In this document: positions 8,857-18,507 of the stretch, one piece after another
Numbering within the stretch: the stretch's first letter is position 1
How the letters are laid out: each line of letters begins with the position of its first letter
NCBI GenBank assembly: GCA_964538595.1
Contig: CAZIGO010000001.1
Location: 1 to 36,128 of the forward strand
Source: an uncultured Chitinophagales bacterium
GTDB taxonomy: Bacteria > Bacteroidota > Bacteroidia > Chitinophagales > CAZIGO01
Direction: 5' to 3'
Length of the DNA: 36,128 nt
Program-made: the position numbers and the translations under genes
The notes under the pieces: model-generated
Told to the model about the DNA's origin: nothing
Database searches by the model: none
The model's input: the letters and a program-made list of their open reading frames with translations, nothing else

Positions 8857-10991
8857 TGTATCGGATTACTTTACTTCTACTACTCAGCTTAGGTATAGAG
8901 GCAGCAAGTATGGCCCAAATGCTGGACCCAGTTAAGTGGGAGTTCAGTAAACAAAAAGTCACTGAGGGGAAATACCTATTAAAAGCTACTGCCGAACTTG
9001 ATTCCGGTTGGCATATTTATTCAAAAGACATTGCAGAAGGAGGTCCCATTCCCTTATCCTGGACTTTCAAAGAAAACAAACAGTTTCAGTTAGTAGGTAC
9101 TTTCCAGGAAAAAGGGAATGCCAAGGAGAAGTATGACCCCAACTTTGACATGAAATTAAAATTATACAGTAACCAAGTCACCCTTCTGCAACGTATCAAA
9201 CTTACGGGTTCCAAAGGGCAAGTGGAAAGCTCGCTTGAATTTATGACTTGCGATGCTAAAAGGTGTCTGCCCCCCAAAAAGTTGAGTCATACCTTCCAAT
9301 TAGGAGAAGCTTCCTCCAACGAGCCGAGCTCCAAAAAAGAAAAAGAAAAGGAGAATACCTCCTCCCCCCCTTCTTCTGAAAAAGAAACAACACCTCCTGA
9401 GGACAAAGAAAAACCGCCAGCCACTTCTTCTCCTCCCTCTCAAACAGCTCAAGATACTACGGTTTCCACCGATACCGCTATTTCCTCACCTAATCAAGTT
9501 AACCTTGAAAAAGGAGAATGGCCTTGTGATAAAAAGAAGATTAAACAAAAAGAGGAAGAATCTTCTTCTGATAAATCACTTTGGACTATCTTTTTGGCAG
9601 GATTGGCGGGGGGCTTTATCGCTATCGTCACTCCCTGTGTCTTTCCCATGATCCCTCTAACAGTAAGTTTTTTCACAAAAGACAATGACCAGGAAGACAG
9701 TAGCAACACAGGTGTCCGAAATGCTATTATTTTCGGTCTGTCTATTATTATCCTTTACGTAGGATTGGGAACTTTATTGACCCTGCTCTTTGGGGCAGAT
9801 ATAATGAATAAGTTATCCAGCAATGTGGGGATAAATCTTTTCCTGTTTGCTCTTTTTGTTTTCTTCGCTCTTTCATTCTTTGGCGCTTTTGAACTAAGAG
9901 TACCCAGCTCCTGGACCACCAAGTCCGAACAGCTGACTGAAAAAGGAGGGATGGTAGGTATATTCTTTATGGCTTTTACGCTGGCCCTGGTTTCTTTCTC
10001 TTGTACCGCTCCTATTATCGGCACTCTTTTGGTAATCACCGCCGTCGAAGGTTCCATGCTCTCGCCGATTATCGGGATGGCCGGCTTCTCTATTGCACTG
10101 GCCTTGCCCTTTACTGCCCTTGCCGTATTCCCCTCCTGGCTTAAATCCATGCAATCCGGGGGATGGATGAACACCGTAAAGGTAGTCATGGGGTTTCTGG
10201 AGTTGATGTTAGCCCTCAAATTTTTGTCGGTGGCGGACCTGGTCGGTGGATGGGGGTTCTTGAAACGCGAAATTTTTATTTCCCTTTGGATCATCATTCT
10301 TGCCCTTATGGGATTTTACTTATTAGGTAAATTGCGTTTCCCATTGGACAGTAAAGTGGAAAAAATCTCTATAAAGCGCTTGTTTTTCGCTATTCTCTCC
10401 TTTGCGTTCGCCCTGTACTTGGTACCCGGGATATGGGGGGCTCCTGTGAAGCTTATCAGCGGTATTGCCCCACCCTCTACCTATAAAGAGTGGAAACAAC
10501 CCGGCGAGAAAAATGTCCGCGGCAATTGTCCGCACAATATCCCTTGTTTTTACAAATTTGAAAAAGGATTGGCTTATGCCAAAAAGGTGAATAAACCAAT
10601 ATTACTTGACTTTACCGGTTATAGTTGTGAGAACTGCCGTCGTATGGAGGATAATGTATGGTCCCAACCTGAAATTCTGGAGATGTTAAAAAATGATTAT
10701 GTCCTCGTTTCCCTTTACGTCGATAAGCGTAAAGAACTCCCCAAAAGCGAGCAGTATACATCAGAAGCTACCGGGCAAAAAATCACGACCGTCGGCGAAA
10801 AGTGGGTCGACTTCCAGGTTACCTGTTATAACCACAATGCTCAACCCTATTACGTTCCTATTCATCATAATGGTCAAAAATTAGCACCACCCAAAGGATA
10901 TGTCAATGCTGAAACCTATCGTCAATTTCTCGAAAAGGGATTGGAGAAGTTTAAAAAGATCAATGGAAACAAAATGAGAGCTGCGCGCTAA
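8853..10991 (+). CDS. dsbD: DsbD-family thiol:disulfide reductase (N-terminal DsbD-alpha-like domain, CcdA-type membrane core, C-terminal thioredoxin)
   Basis: Signal peptide. The N-terminal domain carries the Cys pair FMTCDAKRC. The membrane core has Cys in TPCVFPMIP and SFSCTAPII. The C-terminal thioredoxin fold has CxxC (YSCENCRRME). A ~90-aa S/P/E/K-rich linker (approx nt 9300-9575) separates the N domain from the membrane core. The start overlaps the purQ stop (ATGA). Confidence 0.85.
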   Translation: MMYRITLLLLLSLGIEAASMAQMLDPVKWEFSKQKVTEGKYLLKATAELDSGWHIYSKDIAEGGPIPLSWTFKENKQFQLVGTFQEKGNAKEKYDPNFDMKLKLYSNQVTLLQRIKLTGSKGQVESSLEFMTCDAKRCLPPKKLSHTFQLGEASSNEPSSKKEKEKENTSSPPSSEKETTPPEDKEKPPATSSPPSQTAQDTTVSTDTAISSPNQVNLEKGEWPCDKKKIKQKEEESSSDKSLWTIFLAGLAGGFIAIVTPCVFPMIPLTVSFFTKDNDQEDSSNTGVRNAIIFGLSIIILYVGLGTLLTLLFGADIMNKLSSNVGINLFLFALFVFFALSFFGAFELRVPSSWTTKSEQLTEKGGMVGIFFMAFTLALVSFSCTAPIIGTLLVITAVEGSMLSPIIGMAGFSIALALPFTALAVFPSWLKSMQSGGWMNTVKVVMGFLELMLALKFLSVADLVGGWGFLKREIFISLWIIILALMGFYLLGKLRFPLDSKVEKISIKRLFFAILSFAFALYLVPGIWGAPVKLISGIAPPSTYKEWKQPGEKNVRGNCPHNIPCFYKFEKGLAYAKKVNKPILLDFTGYSCENCRRMEDNVWSQPEILEMLKNDYVLVSLYVDKRKELPKSEQYTSEATGQKITTVGEKWVDFQVTCYNHNAQPYYVPIHHNGQKLAPPKGYVNAETYRQFLEKGLEKFKKINGNKMRAAR

Positions 10992-11065
10992 GCCTGTTTA
11001 AAATTGTGTTACAGAAAGCAAAGATAGTATCAATTTAGAGTAAAGGCGAGGGGACCCTTCTGATT

Positions 11066-12340
11066 TTAATTTATTTTTTCAAAACCCGTATAGGGCTGTA
11101 ATACTTCGGGAAGTGTAATACCTTCCTTCCCCTGTCCATTCTCCAGTAAAGCTGCTACCAAACGAGCAAAAGCCAACCCACTACCATTAAGTGTGTGAAC
11201 CAACTGGGGTTTAGCATCTTGTTTTTCCTTATAACGAATTTTCATCCGGTTACTTTGATAACTCTCAAAATTAGATATTGAACTCACCTCCAACCATTTT
11301 CCCTGAGCCGCGGCATATACTTCCAGGTCATAAGTAAATGCTGCTGCAGAGCCGAGATCTCCGGCACATAGTTTGGATACCCGATAAGGTACTTTTAGTT
11401 GTTGCAACAAATATTCTCCATATTCGCGCATCGCCTCCAAGGTATCATAAGAATCATTGGGATGTTGGATTTGGACTAACTCCACCTTATCAAACTGATG
11501 CACCCGATTCAATCCTTTGACTCCTTTCCCATAAGACCCAGCTTCGCGACGGAAACAAGGAGTATAAGCTGTTAGCTTGATGGGTAGATCTTGACGGGCT
11601 ACAATTTCATTACGATACATATTTGTCAAAGGTACTTCGGCTGTAGGAATAGGGTAGAGATCATCCTTATCAATATAATACATCTGGTCATCCTTATCCG
11701 GTAACTGACCCGTACCAAAGGCCGTTTGAGCATTTACCAAAATAGGAGGTTCTATTTCCTTGTACCCTGCTTCCCGCGCCTGATCGAGAAAGAAGTTGAT
11801 CAAAGCCCGCTGCAACCGCGCCCCTTTGCCTTTATAAACCGGGAAGCCTCCTCCTGTAATTTTACTTCCTAACTCAAAATCAATAATATCATATTGATCA
11901 GCCAACTCCCAATGGGGCAAAGCCTCATTCCCTAAAGAAGGGGTGTTGCCTTTTTCATACAGTATTTCATTTTCACTCTCATCCTGCCCCCCTGGTACTG
12001 CCGGATGGGGAAGGTTGGGGATATCAGCCAACAGATCATTTAAGGCAGTTTCTTTGGCTTTTAACTGTGTTCTGACTTCTTTCACTTCTTTTTTAAGAGC
12101 CCTGGATTTTTCTTTAAGTTCTTCGGCCTTCTCTTCATTCCCTTCCTGGTACATTTTCCCGATCTGGTCTGCATACTGGTTAGCAGTTTGTTGAAGCTCA
12201 TCCCGTTGTGATTGTAATTCACGCCTATCCTTGTCTAAACCTAATATCTCTTCCAGCGTTTCACCGGCATTATCAACTCGTTTAGCTAATCGTTCTTTGG
12301 CTTGCTCTTTATATTCTCGTAAATAATGAAGATCCAGCAT
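11066..12340 (-). CDS. serS: Seryl-tRNA synthetase
   Basis: Coiled-coil N-terminal arm followed by a class II core (motif 2 FRREAGSYGKGVKGLNRVHQF, motif 3 GSGLAFARLVAALLEN). The track ORF starts at TTG 12403. The canonical MLDLHYLRE start is at ATG 12340 (424 aa). Confidence 0.95.
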   Translation of the reverse strand: MLDLHYLREYKEQAKERLAKRVDNAGETLEEILGLDKDRRELQSQRDELQQTANQYADQIGKMYQEGNEEKAEELKEKSRALKKEVKEVRTQLKAKETALNDLLADIPNLPHPAVPGGQDESENEILYEKGNTPSLGNEALPHWELADQYDIIDFELGSKITGGGFPVYKGKGARLQRALINFFLDQAREAGYKEIEPPILVNAQTAFGTGQLPDKDDQMYYIDKDDLYPIPTAEVPLTNMYRNEIVARQDLPIKLTAYTPCFRREAGSYGKGVKGLNRVHQFDKVELVQIQHPNDSYDTLEAMREYGEYLLQQLKVPYRVSKLCAGDLGSAAAFTYDLEVYAAAQGKWLEVSSISNFESYQSNRMKIRYKEKQDAKPQLVHTLNGSGLAFARLVAALLENGQGKEGITLPEVLQPYTGFEKIN

Positions 12341-12721
12341 AATACAATTGTTTATAGTATGAGATAATAAAAAAAGATTGGAACAGCACTCTTTACTCCA
12401 CAAAAAAACAAAAATTTTTTATCCCCAATGAATTTGATAATCAAAATCTTTTGTTTATAATTGCATTATTGTTATACCTGCAAACGAAGTTTGCTCTTAT
12501 AAATTCTGAAAATTCATTGCCCGCTTATCACACGGGTCTGTGAATGAAGTCGATTATATTTTCCATTTTCTTATTGATAGAATCAACGTTGATAGTATTT
12601 TTTAGTTGCCTATAACCCCCTTATACTTTAGGTAATAACAAGTATAAAATTTGACTCAACATATTCAATTATTGACAAACAATAGACTTTTCTATTCATT
12701 GAACTAAAACCCCTTAACTTT

Positions 12722-14332
12722 ATGTATGACATTCTGCAGCTAAATGAGATGCTTCCTGCCGAATTAAAAGATATAGCTAAACGCTTAGAAATTCCCGACT
12801 ATGAAAAATTAGAAAAAGAGGACTTGATTTATAAGATCCTCGATCATCAGGCAGTAGCTACTGTAGATGAAGAGGAAAAGAGTAAGAAAAAGAAAGGCAA
12901 AAAAAAGAAGAAGACGAATAAGAAAAAAAGCAACGGAAAGAAAACCAAGAGTAAGAAAAAATCCAAAAAGAGCTCTTCCCAAAAATCCAACAAAACCAAA
13001 AAGAAAAAGAAGAAAGGGAAGAAGAGTAAATCTAAAAAGTCCTCTTCTAAATCTTCTAATAAAAAGAAAAGTAAAGGGAGTAAATCAAAAAGTAAAGGCA
13101 GTAAGTCCAAGAAGAAAAGCAAACGACGTAAAAAGAAAAAGAAGCGAAAAAAGAAAAGAAAAAAGCGAAAGAAGAAAAAGAAGAAGATCGACCTTAAAGT
13201 GCTTAATGAATTAGACGGGGCCGTTGAAAACGAAGGTGTATTAGAAATTATGCCCGATGGTTACGGATTTCTCCGTTCTTCTGACTATGATTATTTGACC
13301 TCCCCTGATGATATCTATGTTTCTCCTTCCCAAATAAAACTATTTGGATTAAAGACCGGAGATACCGTAGAGGGAGCTATTCGTCCGCCCAAGCGAGGTG
13401 AAAAATATTTTGCTTTACTTAAAGTAAAAAATATTAACGGTCGTAAGCCGGAAGAGGTGAGAGACCGGGTACCTTATGATTACTTAACCCCTTTATTCCC
13501 TAAAACTAAATTTGACATTGCCAAAGGGGCAAAATCGAATAACTACTCCCGACGTATTGTAGACTTGATCACTCCTATCGGAAAAGGGCAACGGGGGCTT
13601 ATTGTGGCTCAACCCAAGACAGGGAAAACAATGTTGTTGAAAGAAATTGCCAATGCCATAGCCAGTAACCATCCGGAGTCCTACTTACTAGTATTGCTAG
13701 TAGATGAGCGGCCGGAAGAGGTAACAGATATGGAACGCAGTGTTGATGCAGAAGTGATTTCTTCCACCTTTGATGCACCGGCCAAGAACCATGTAAAAGT
13801 TTCCGATATTGTGTTAAACAAGGCTCGCCGGATGGTAGAGTGCGGTCATGATGTTGTGATCCTGCTGGATTCTATTACACGGCTAGCTCGTGCTCATAAT
13901 ACCGAATCGCCTGCTTCCGGGAAAGTTCTCTCCGGCGGTGTAGAAGCTAATGCTCTTCACGAGCCTAAAAAGTTTTTCGGAGCTGCCCGTAATATTGAAC
14001 ATGGAGGCTCTCTTACTATATTAGCGACAGCTCTCATCGAGACAGGCTCTCGAATGGACGAAGTAATATTCGAGGAGTTCAAGGGCACGGGTAATATGGA
14101 GCTGCAATTAGATCGTTCCCTCTCTAACAAGCGTATATTCCCGGCCATTGATGTTACAGCATCGGGCACCCGAAAAGAAGAGCTATTATTAGATAAGAAA
14201 ACACTGCAACGGATGTGGATTTTACGAAATCACATAGCCGACATGACTACCCAAGAAGCTATAGAGCTTTTACTGAATAATATGAAAGGCACAAAATCCA
14301 ATGAAGAATTCTTGGTTTCCATGAACCAATAA
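12722..14332 (+). CDS. rho: Transcription termination factor Rho with a large polycationic N-terminal insertion
   Basis: N-terminal helix bundle ([22 protein letters not shown]), OB-fold RNA-binding domain with DGYGFLRS, Walker A AQPKTGKT, Walker [11 protein letters not shown], and Q/R loops. 536 aa, against about 420 aa for a minimal Rho. Confidence 0.95.
   Translation: MYDILQLNEMLPAELKDIAKRLEIPDYEKLEKEDLIYKILDHQAVATVDEEEKSKKKKGKKKKKTNKKKSNGKKTKSKKKSKKSSSQKSNKTKKKKKKGKKSKSKKSSSKSSNKKKSKGSKSKSKGSKSKKKSKRRKKKKKRKKKRKKRKKKKKKIDLKVLNELDGAVENEGVLEIMPDGYGFLRSSDYDYLTSPDDIYVSPSQIKLFGLKTGDTVEGAIRPPKRGEKYFALLKVKNINGRKPEEVRDRVPYDYLTPLFPKTKFDIAKGAKSNNYSRRIVDLITPIGKGQRGLIVAQPKTGKTMLLKEIANAIASNHPESYLLVLLVDERPEEVTDMERSVDAEVISSTFDAPAKNHVKVSDIVLNKARRMVECGHDVVILLDSITRLARAHNTESPASGKVLSGGVEANALHEPKKFFGAARNIEHGGSLTILATALIETGSRMDEVIFEEFKGTGNMELQLDRSLSNKRIFPAIDVTASGTRKEELLLDKKTLQRMWILRNHIADMTTQEAIELLLNNMKGTKSNEEFLVSMNQ
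12866..13186 (+). other. Low-complexity Lys/Ser-rich insertion inside rho (residues ~49-155)
   Basis: Hand count over residues 51-155 gives about 63 K, 5 R and 22 S, with no acidic residue after E52. It is encoded by interleaved AAA/AAG/AGC/TCC codons. The longest pure A-run I see is 8 nt (12899-12906). Confidence 0.9.
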
Positions 14333-14382
14333 GCAATTTTACTTGTTAATAAATACCTGTTAAACATTAAAACCCCACTATT

Positions 14383-14547
14383 ATGAAAGGCAAGCACACT
14401 TATCAACCCTCCAATAAAAAGCGTAAGAAAAAACACGGTTTTCGAGCTCGTAAGAACAAAAAGAAAAAAGGGAAGAAAACATTGAAAAACCGGCGTAAGC
14501 GTAAACGTAAAAAGCTCTCCGTTTCCGATGAAAAGGGTTTAAAATAA
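14383..14547 (+). CDS. rpmH: 50S ribosomal protein L34
   Basis: Not in the ORF track because it is under 60 aa. My translation is MKGKHTYQPSNKKRKKKHGFRARKNKKKKGKKTLKNRRKRKRKKLSVSDEKGLK (54 aa, stop TAA 14545-14547). It has the L34 signature TxQPSxxKRxxxHGFRxR and sits immediately upstream of rnpA, as in most bacteria. Confidence 0.88.
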   Translation: MKGKHTYQPSNKKRKKKHGFRARKNKKKKGKKTLKNRRKRKRKKLSVSDEKGLK

Positions 14548-14562
14548 CCCGTTTTTAACAAT

Positions 14563-14985
14563 TTGACGTTGGCTGAGCTTTCCCGCTATCCTCAAAATAA
14601 GCCTTATTCGCTCAATAAACAGGAGCGATTAAAGCACCGTAGGTTGATCAGCCAAATTTTTGATGATGGTCATTCTTTTGTCATTCACCCAATCCGATTA
14701 GTGTGGCTTGTTACAGATCTGCCGGCTGATATCCCCGTTCAGGCGGCGTTTAGCGTATCTCATAAACGTGTGCCTAAAGCCACACAGCGTAATGCAATTA
14801 AAAGGAGAATGCGAGAAGCTTATCGTTACCACAAATCTATTTTATACTCTTTTTTCGAAAGCAAGGGGAAGCAATGTGGTTTAGTACTTATTTATTTAAA
14901 AAAAGATTTACTATCTTTTGAAGAGTTGGAAGCAACTACCGTCCGCTGTTTAAAAAAATTAAAACAATATGAAAAAGGGAATTAG
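14563..14985 (+). CDS. rnpA: Ribonuclease P protein component
   Basis: It sits between rpmH and yidD. It is a basic 140-aa protein with [17 protein letters not shown] and a [24 protein letters not shown]-like motif. The ORF has no ATG. The TTG at 14563 (or the TTG at 14569) is the likely start. Confidence 0.8.
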   Translation: MTLAELSRYPQNKPYSLNKQERLKHRRLISQIFDDGHSFVIHPIRLVWLVTDLPADIPVQAAFSVSHKRVPKATQRNAIKRRMREAYRYHKSILYSFFESKGKQCGLVLIYLKKDLLSFEELEATTVRCLKKLKQYEKGN

Positions 14986-15190
14986 GATAGTCTTTATAGG
15001 GGTCATTCGGTTTTATCAATATACCATTTCCCCTTATTTTGTCCCTACATGTCGATATACCCCGACATGTTCAGAGTACAGCATTCAAGCTATCCGAAAA
15101 CATGGTCTCCTCAAAGGTATAGGATATAGTGTTAAGCGGCTTTTTTCCTGCCATCCTTGGGGAGGGAGTGGTTATGATCCGGTTCCTTAA
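14969..15190 (+). CDS. yidD: Membrane protein insertion efficiency factor YidD
   Basis: 73 aa with the conserved YQxxxSPxxxxxCRYxPTCSxY and HPWGGxGxDPVP motifs. It overlaps the rnpA 3' end by 17 nt. Confidence 0.9.
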   Translation: MKKGIRIVFIGVIRFYQYTISPYFVPTCRYTPTCSEYSIQAIRKHGLLKGIGYSVKRLFSCHPWGGSGYDPVP

Positions 15191-15207
15191 TAAAACAATC
15201 ACAGTCT

Positions 15208-16857
15208 ATGCGTTTATGGAATAAAAAGATCAGTATTTTCGTTCTTGTATCAGTGATAGCTATAGGAACAGTATCCCTATCGGAAAAGCACTTTAAAATA
15301 TCCAAAAATCTTGAAATATTCGCTTCACTATTTAAAGAGCTTAACACCTATTATGTCGACGAAGTTCAGCCCGGGAAATTAATGGAAAAGGGGATTAAGT
15401 CCATGATCAACTCCCTTGATCCCTACACCAAATATTATTCCGAATCAGAAGTAGAAGATTACAAGTTTCAAACTACCGGTAAGTATGGTGGTATCGGTGC
15501 TCGTATCCAGCGGCAAGGAAAATATGTGACGATTGTTGCCCCTTATGTTGGATATCCCGCTTATGAATCCGGATTACGAGCCGGTGACAAAATCATAGAG
15601 ATCGACGGGAAGTCGGCTGAAGGAAAATCTACTGAAGAAGTAAGCAATATTTTAAAAGGGACGCCCGGAACCACTGTCAAAGTTACTGTAGAACGCCCGC
15701 CGTTCAATAATGAAAAAACAGTAAGTATAGAACGAGAGAAAATAAAAATAAACAGCGTCGCCTATAAAGGAACTATCAAGGATAGCGTGGGATACATTAA
15801 ATTGCGCAGTTTTACCCGTAAAGCCGGTAAAGAAATACGAAATGCGGTACAATCGATCCAAGAAGAAAACAACCTGAGTGGTATTATATTAGACCTCCGC
15901 AATAACCCAGGAGGACTTTTGAACGAAGCAGTTAATGTAGCTAATGTGTTTATTGAAAAGGGGCAGACGATCGTGAGTACAAAAGGGAAGATCAAACAAT
16001 GGGAAAAAACCTATAAAACCACTAATAAAGCAGTGGACGACTCCATTCCCTATACAGTACTTGTGAACGGAAATTCTGCTTCTGCTTCAGAAATTGTGGC
16101 GGGGGCTACTCAAGACTTAGATCGCGGCGTTATTATAGGACGACAAACCTATGGTAAAGGATTAGTACAAACTACTCGTCCATTGGCGTATAATGCTAAA
16201 CTTAAAGTTACCACTGCTAAATATTACATACCGAGTGGCCGTTGTATCCAATCCGTCCAGTACTCCGGTAAAAAAGGAAATGGAAAAGAAATTCCCGACT
16301 CGCTAAAAACTAAATTTACTACTCAAAACGGTCGTGTTGTATATGATAGTGATGGTATTGTGCCGGATATCAAGGTAGATCCCCGGAAACTGAGAAAAAT
16401 ATCGCAAGTGCTGATTGCCAAAAATCATATCTTTGATTATGCCACCATTTACAAGAGTAAACACGATTCTATTGTTTCCCCGCGAGAATTTACCATCACC
16501 GACAAAGAATATGAAGACTTTAAAGAATTTATGGAAGACCGGGATTACAGTTATACTACCAAAAGTGAAAAACAACTCAAACAACTGGAGAAAAGTGCTC
16601 AAAAAGAAAAATATTATGATGCCATAGAGGATGAGTTAAAAGAATTAGAAAAAAACATCTTGCACGATAAGTCTAAGGATTTAGAAAAGTTTAAAGAACA
16701 AATTAAAAACCTGTTAGAGGAGGAGATCGTCAGTCGCTACTATTATCGCAAGGGAAAGACAGAAGCAAAATTTGACCACGACAAAGACATCAAAAAGGCA
16801 TTAGAAATATTAAGTAACAAAAACCGCTATCACGAAATCCTTCAAGTAAATAAATAA
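15208..16857 (+). CDS. S41-family carboxyl-terminal processing peptidase (PDZ domain)
   Basis: N-terminal TM/signal anchor, a PDZ segment (GLRAGDKIIEIDG), the catalytic Ser region NGNSASASEIVAG and the Lys region TYGKGLVQ. A long K/E-rich C-terminal helical extension follows. Confidence 0.85.
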   Translation: MRLWNKKISIFVLVSVIAIGTVSLSEKHFKISKNLEIFASLFKELNTYYVDEVQPGKLMEKGIKSMINSLDPYTKYYSESEVEDYKFQTTGKYGGIGARIQRQGKYVTIVAPYVGYPAYESGLRAGDKIIEIDGKSAEGKSTEEVSNILKGTPGTTVKVTVERPPFNNEKTVSIEREKIKINSVAYKGTIKDSVGYIKLRSFTRKAGKEIRNAVQSIQEENNLSGIILDLRNNPGGLLNEAVNVANVFIEKGQTIVSTKGKIKQWEKTYKTTNKAVDDSIPYTVLVNGNSASASEIVAGATQDLDRGVIIGRQTYGKGLVQTTRPLAYNAKLKVTTAKYYIPSGRCIQSVQYSGKKGNGKEIPDSLKTKFTTQNGRVVYDSDGIVPDIKVDPRKLRKISQVLIAKNHIFDYATIYKSKHDSIVSPREFTITDKEYEDFKEFMEDRDYSYTTKSEKQLKQLEKSAQKEKYYDAIEDELKELEKNILHDKSKDLEKFKEQIKNLLEEEIVSRYYYRKGKTEAKFDHDKDIKKALEILSNKNRYHEILQVNK

Positions 16858-16868
16858 TTTAATATCTT

Positions 16869-17705
16869 TTGCCGTACCTTGCCCTCGTTCTTTTATTTTT
16901 AGCTGCTCTTTGCGGAGGGGTTATTGCTGGCTTAATCGGAGTGGGGGGCGGCATTATTTATGTTATTATCTACGAAAATTACTTTTATCATTTCTACGAT
17001 ACCGCTCAATTTGCTCACAGCGACACAGTGGTAAAAGCTATCATTGCTAACTCTGTATTTTCCACTATGTTTGCCGGTTTTATGGGGGCATGGGAAAACT
17101 ATCGTATCGGAAATTTTTATCCCCGTATTATTGTAACTATTGGGCTGCCTGCTCTCATATCTGCTTTAGGCATAACTTCTCTCCTTTCTTTAACGCATTT
17201 CTACTCCCTGGAAAAATTTACCATCCTATTTATTATAGTTCTCCTGCCTTTTATCTTTCGTATGTTATTTTCCCAATCTCCCGAATTTCACACGACTATT
17301 TCCTCCCCCCCCTCGTGGGGATTAATAACCACCGGATTAGTCAGCGGGGCCGTCACAGCCCTGACTGGTTTAGGAGGAGGAGTGGTTGTTATACCAGCTC
17401 TTAACGGACTATTTAAACTTCCTATCCATAAAACAATAGCTTGCTCACTTGGAGTTATCGGAATCGTAAGTTTAGGGTTAACTTTGTATAATATTTTTGG
17501 GGAAAGTTATGAAGTCGCTCAATTCAGTTATGCTACAGGGTTTATACTCTACCCCATGGTAATTCCGGTCATAGGGGGTATAATGGTGGCTACGAATTGG
17601 GGAGTAAAATTAGCGCAACACCTAAGTTCCTTCTGGTTAAAACTTATATTTGCCTTTGCTACTTTATTTATTTTAGGTAATCTTTGCTATAATGCTTTTC
17701 TTTAA
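16869..17705 (+). CDS. TauE/SafE-family (TSUP) anion permease
   Basis: 278 aa and highly hydrophobic, with duplicated Gly-rich TM motifs (GLIGVGGGIIYV and LTGLGGGVVVIP) typical of TSUP/TauE. TTG start at 16869, 11 nt after the peptidase stop. Confidence 0.72.
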   Translation: MPYLALVLLFLAALCGGVIAGLIGVGGGIIYVIIYENYFYHFYDTAQFAHSDTVVKAIIANSVFSTMFAGFMGAWENYRIGNFYPRIIVTIGLPALISALGITSLLSLTHFYSLEKFTILFIIVLLPFIFRMLFSQSPEFHTTISSPPSWGLITTGLVSGAVTALTGLGGGVVVIPALNGLFKLPIHKTIACSLGVIGIVSLGLTLYNIFGESYEVAQFSYATGFILYPMVIPVIGGIMVATNWGVKLAQHLSSFWLKLIFAFATLFILGNLCYNAFL

Positions 17706-17726
17706 TTTTAAGAGTTCTTTATTTAT

Positions 17727-18434
17727 ATGGCTTTACTACTTAATATCGAAACATCAGCCCGTATTTGTTCCGTATCAATAAGTCAATCCGGCACAGTATT
17801 AGCTACTCAAGAAGAAGAAGCTCCCCAATCGCATGGTGAGCGGATTATTCCTCTCGTCCAACACCTAATGAAGAAATGTAACGTCGACGTTTCCGATCTC
17901 GAAGGAGTAGCTCTTAGTAAAGGACCCGGCTCATATACTGGACTTCGCATCGGTGCTTCTACTGCTAAAGGAATATGTTATGCTCGTGAAATTCCGCTTA
18001 TCGCCATTTCAACATTGGAAAGCCTCACAAAGGGTTTTCTGCAATATTTGAAAAACAAAAACTGGTGGCAAAAAAAGGATATAGCTATCCAACAAACCCG
18101 TTTTATTCCTGTTTTAAAAGCCCGTAAAAAAGAAGTTTATACAGCAGTTTACAACCATTCCTTATCCTTGCAGCAATCCCCCAAGGCCCAAACAATTGAT
18201 ACGTCTTTTTTCCAATCTTTCAATGAAGAACATACACTTTTACTCTTCGGACCCGGCTTAGCAGCTTACCAATCATCATCCATCTTTCCGCAAAATGTGA
18301 TATCATTCCCTCATTTTTTCCCCTCAGCAGCCCATCTCCCCTCCCTGGCTAAAGAAAAATTCAACAAAGAACAATTCGAAGATATTGCCTATTTCGTCCC
18401 ATTATACCTTAAAGATCTAATTATACATCCCTGA
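17727..18434 (+). CDS. tsaB: tRNA threonylcarbamoyladenosine (t6A) biosynthesis protein TsaB
   Basis: MALLLNIETSARICSVSI start and GPGSYTGLRIGASTAKGICYA, the ASKHA-fold YeaZ/TsaB signature. 235 aa. Confidence 0.85.
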   Translation: MALLLNIETSARICSVSISQSGTVLATQEEEAPQSHGERIIPLVQHLMKKCNVDVSDLEGVALSKGPGSYTGLRIGASTAKGICYAREIPLIAISTLESLTKGFLQYLKNKNWWQKKDIAIQQTRFIPVLKARKKEVYTAVYNHSLSLQQSPKAQTIDTSFFQSFNEEHTLLLFGPGLAAYQSSSIFPQNVISFPHFFPSAAHLPSLAKEKFNKEQFEDIAYFVPLYLKDLIIHP

Positions 18435-18507
18435 ACTACAAACGTTAAGATCTTTGGTAATGGATTAGCTTATGAGTCCGATAAGTATAGACATGTTTCC
18501 CACAAAC

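Noticed and set aside
9755-10297. Long antisense ORFs: 9755..10297 (-) in dsbD, 29343..29846 (-) in the EamA gene, 19803..20309 (+) across dtd/rsgA, 6509..6901 (-) in uvrB, 26269..26625 (-) in kynU
   Set aside because: Each lies wholly opposite a gene with strong family signatures and has no motifs of its own. These are typical shadow ORFs.
12847-13214. Track ORFs 12847..13122 (-, 91 aa, F/L-rich) and 12867..13214 (+, 115 aa, K/R-rich) inside rho
   Set aside because: They are alternative-frame and antisense readings of the AAG/AAA-rich insertion. The composition is a mirror of the Lys tract, they have no independent signals, and they lie fully inside a well-supported gene.
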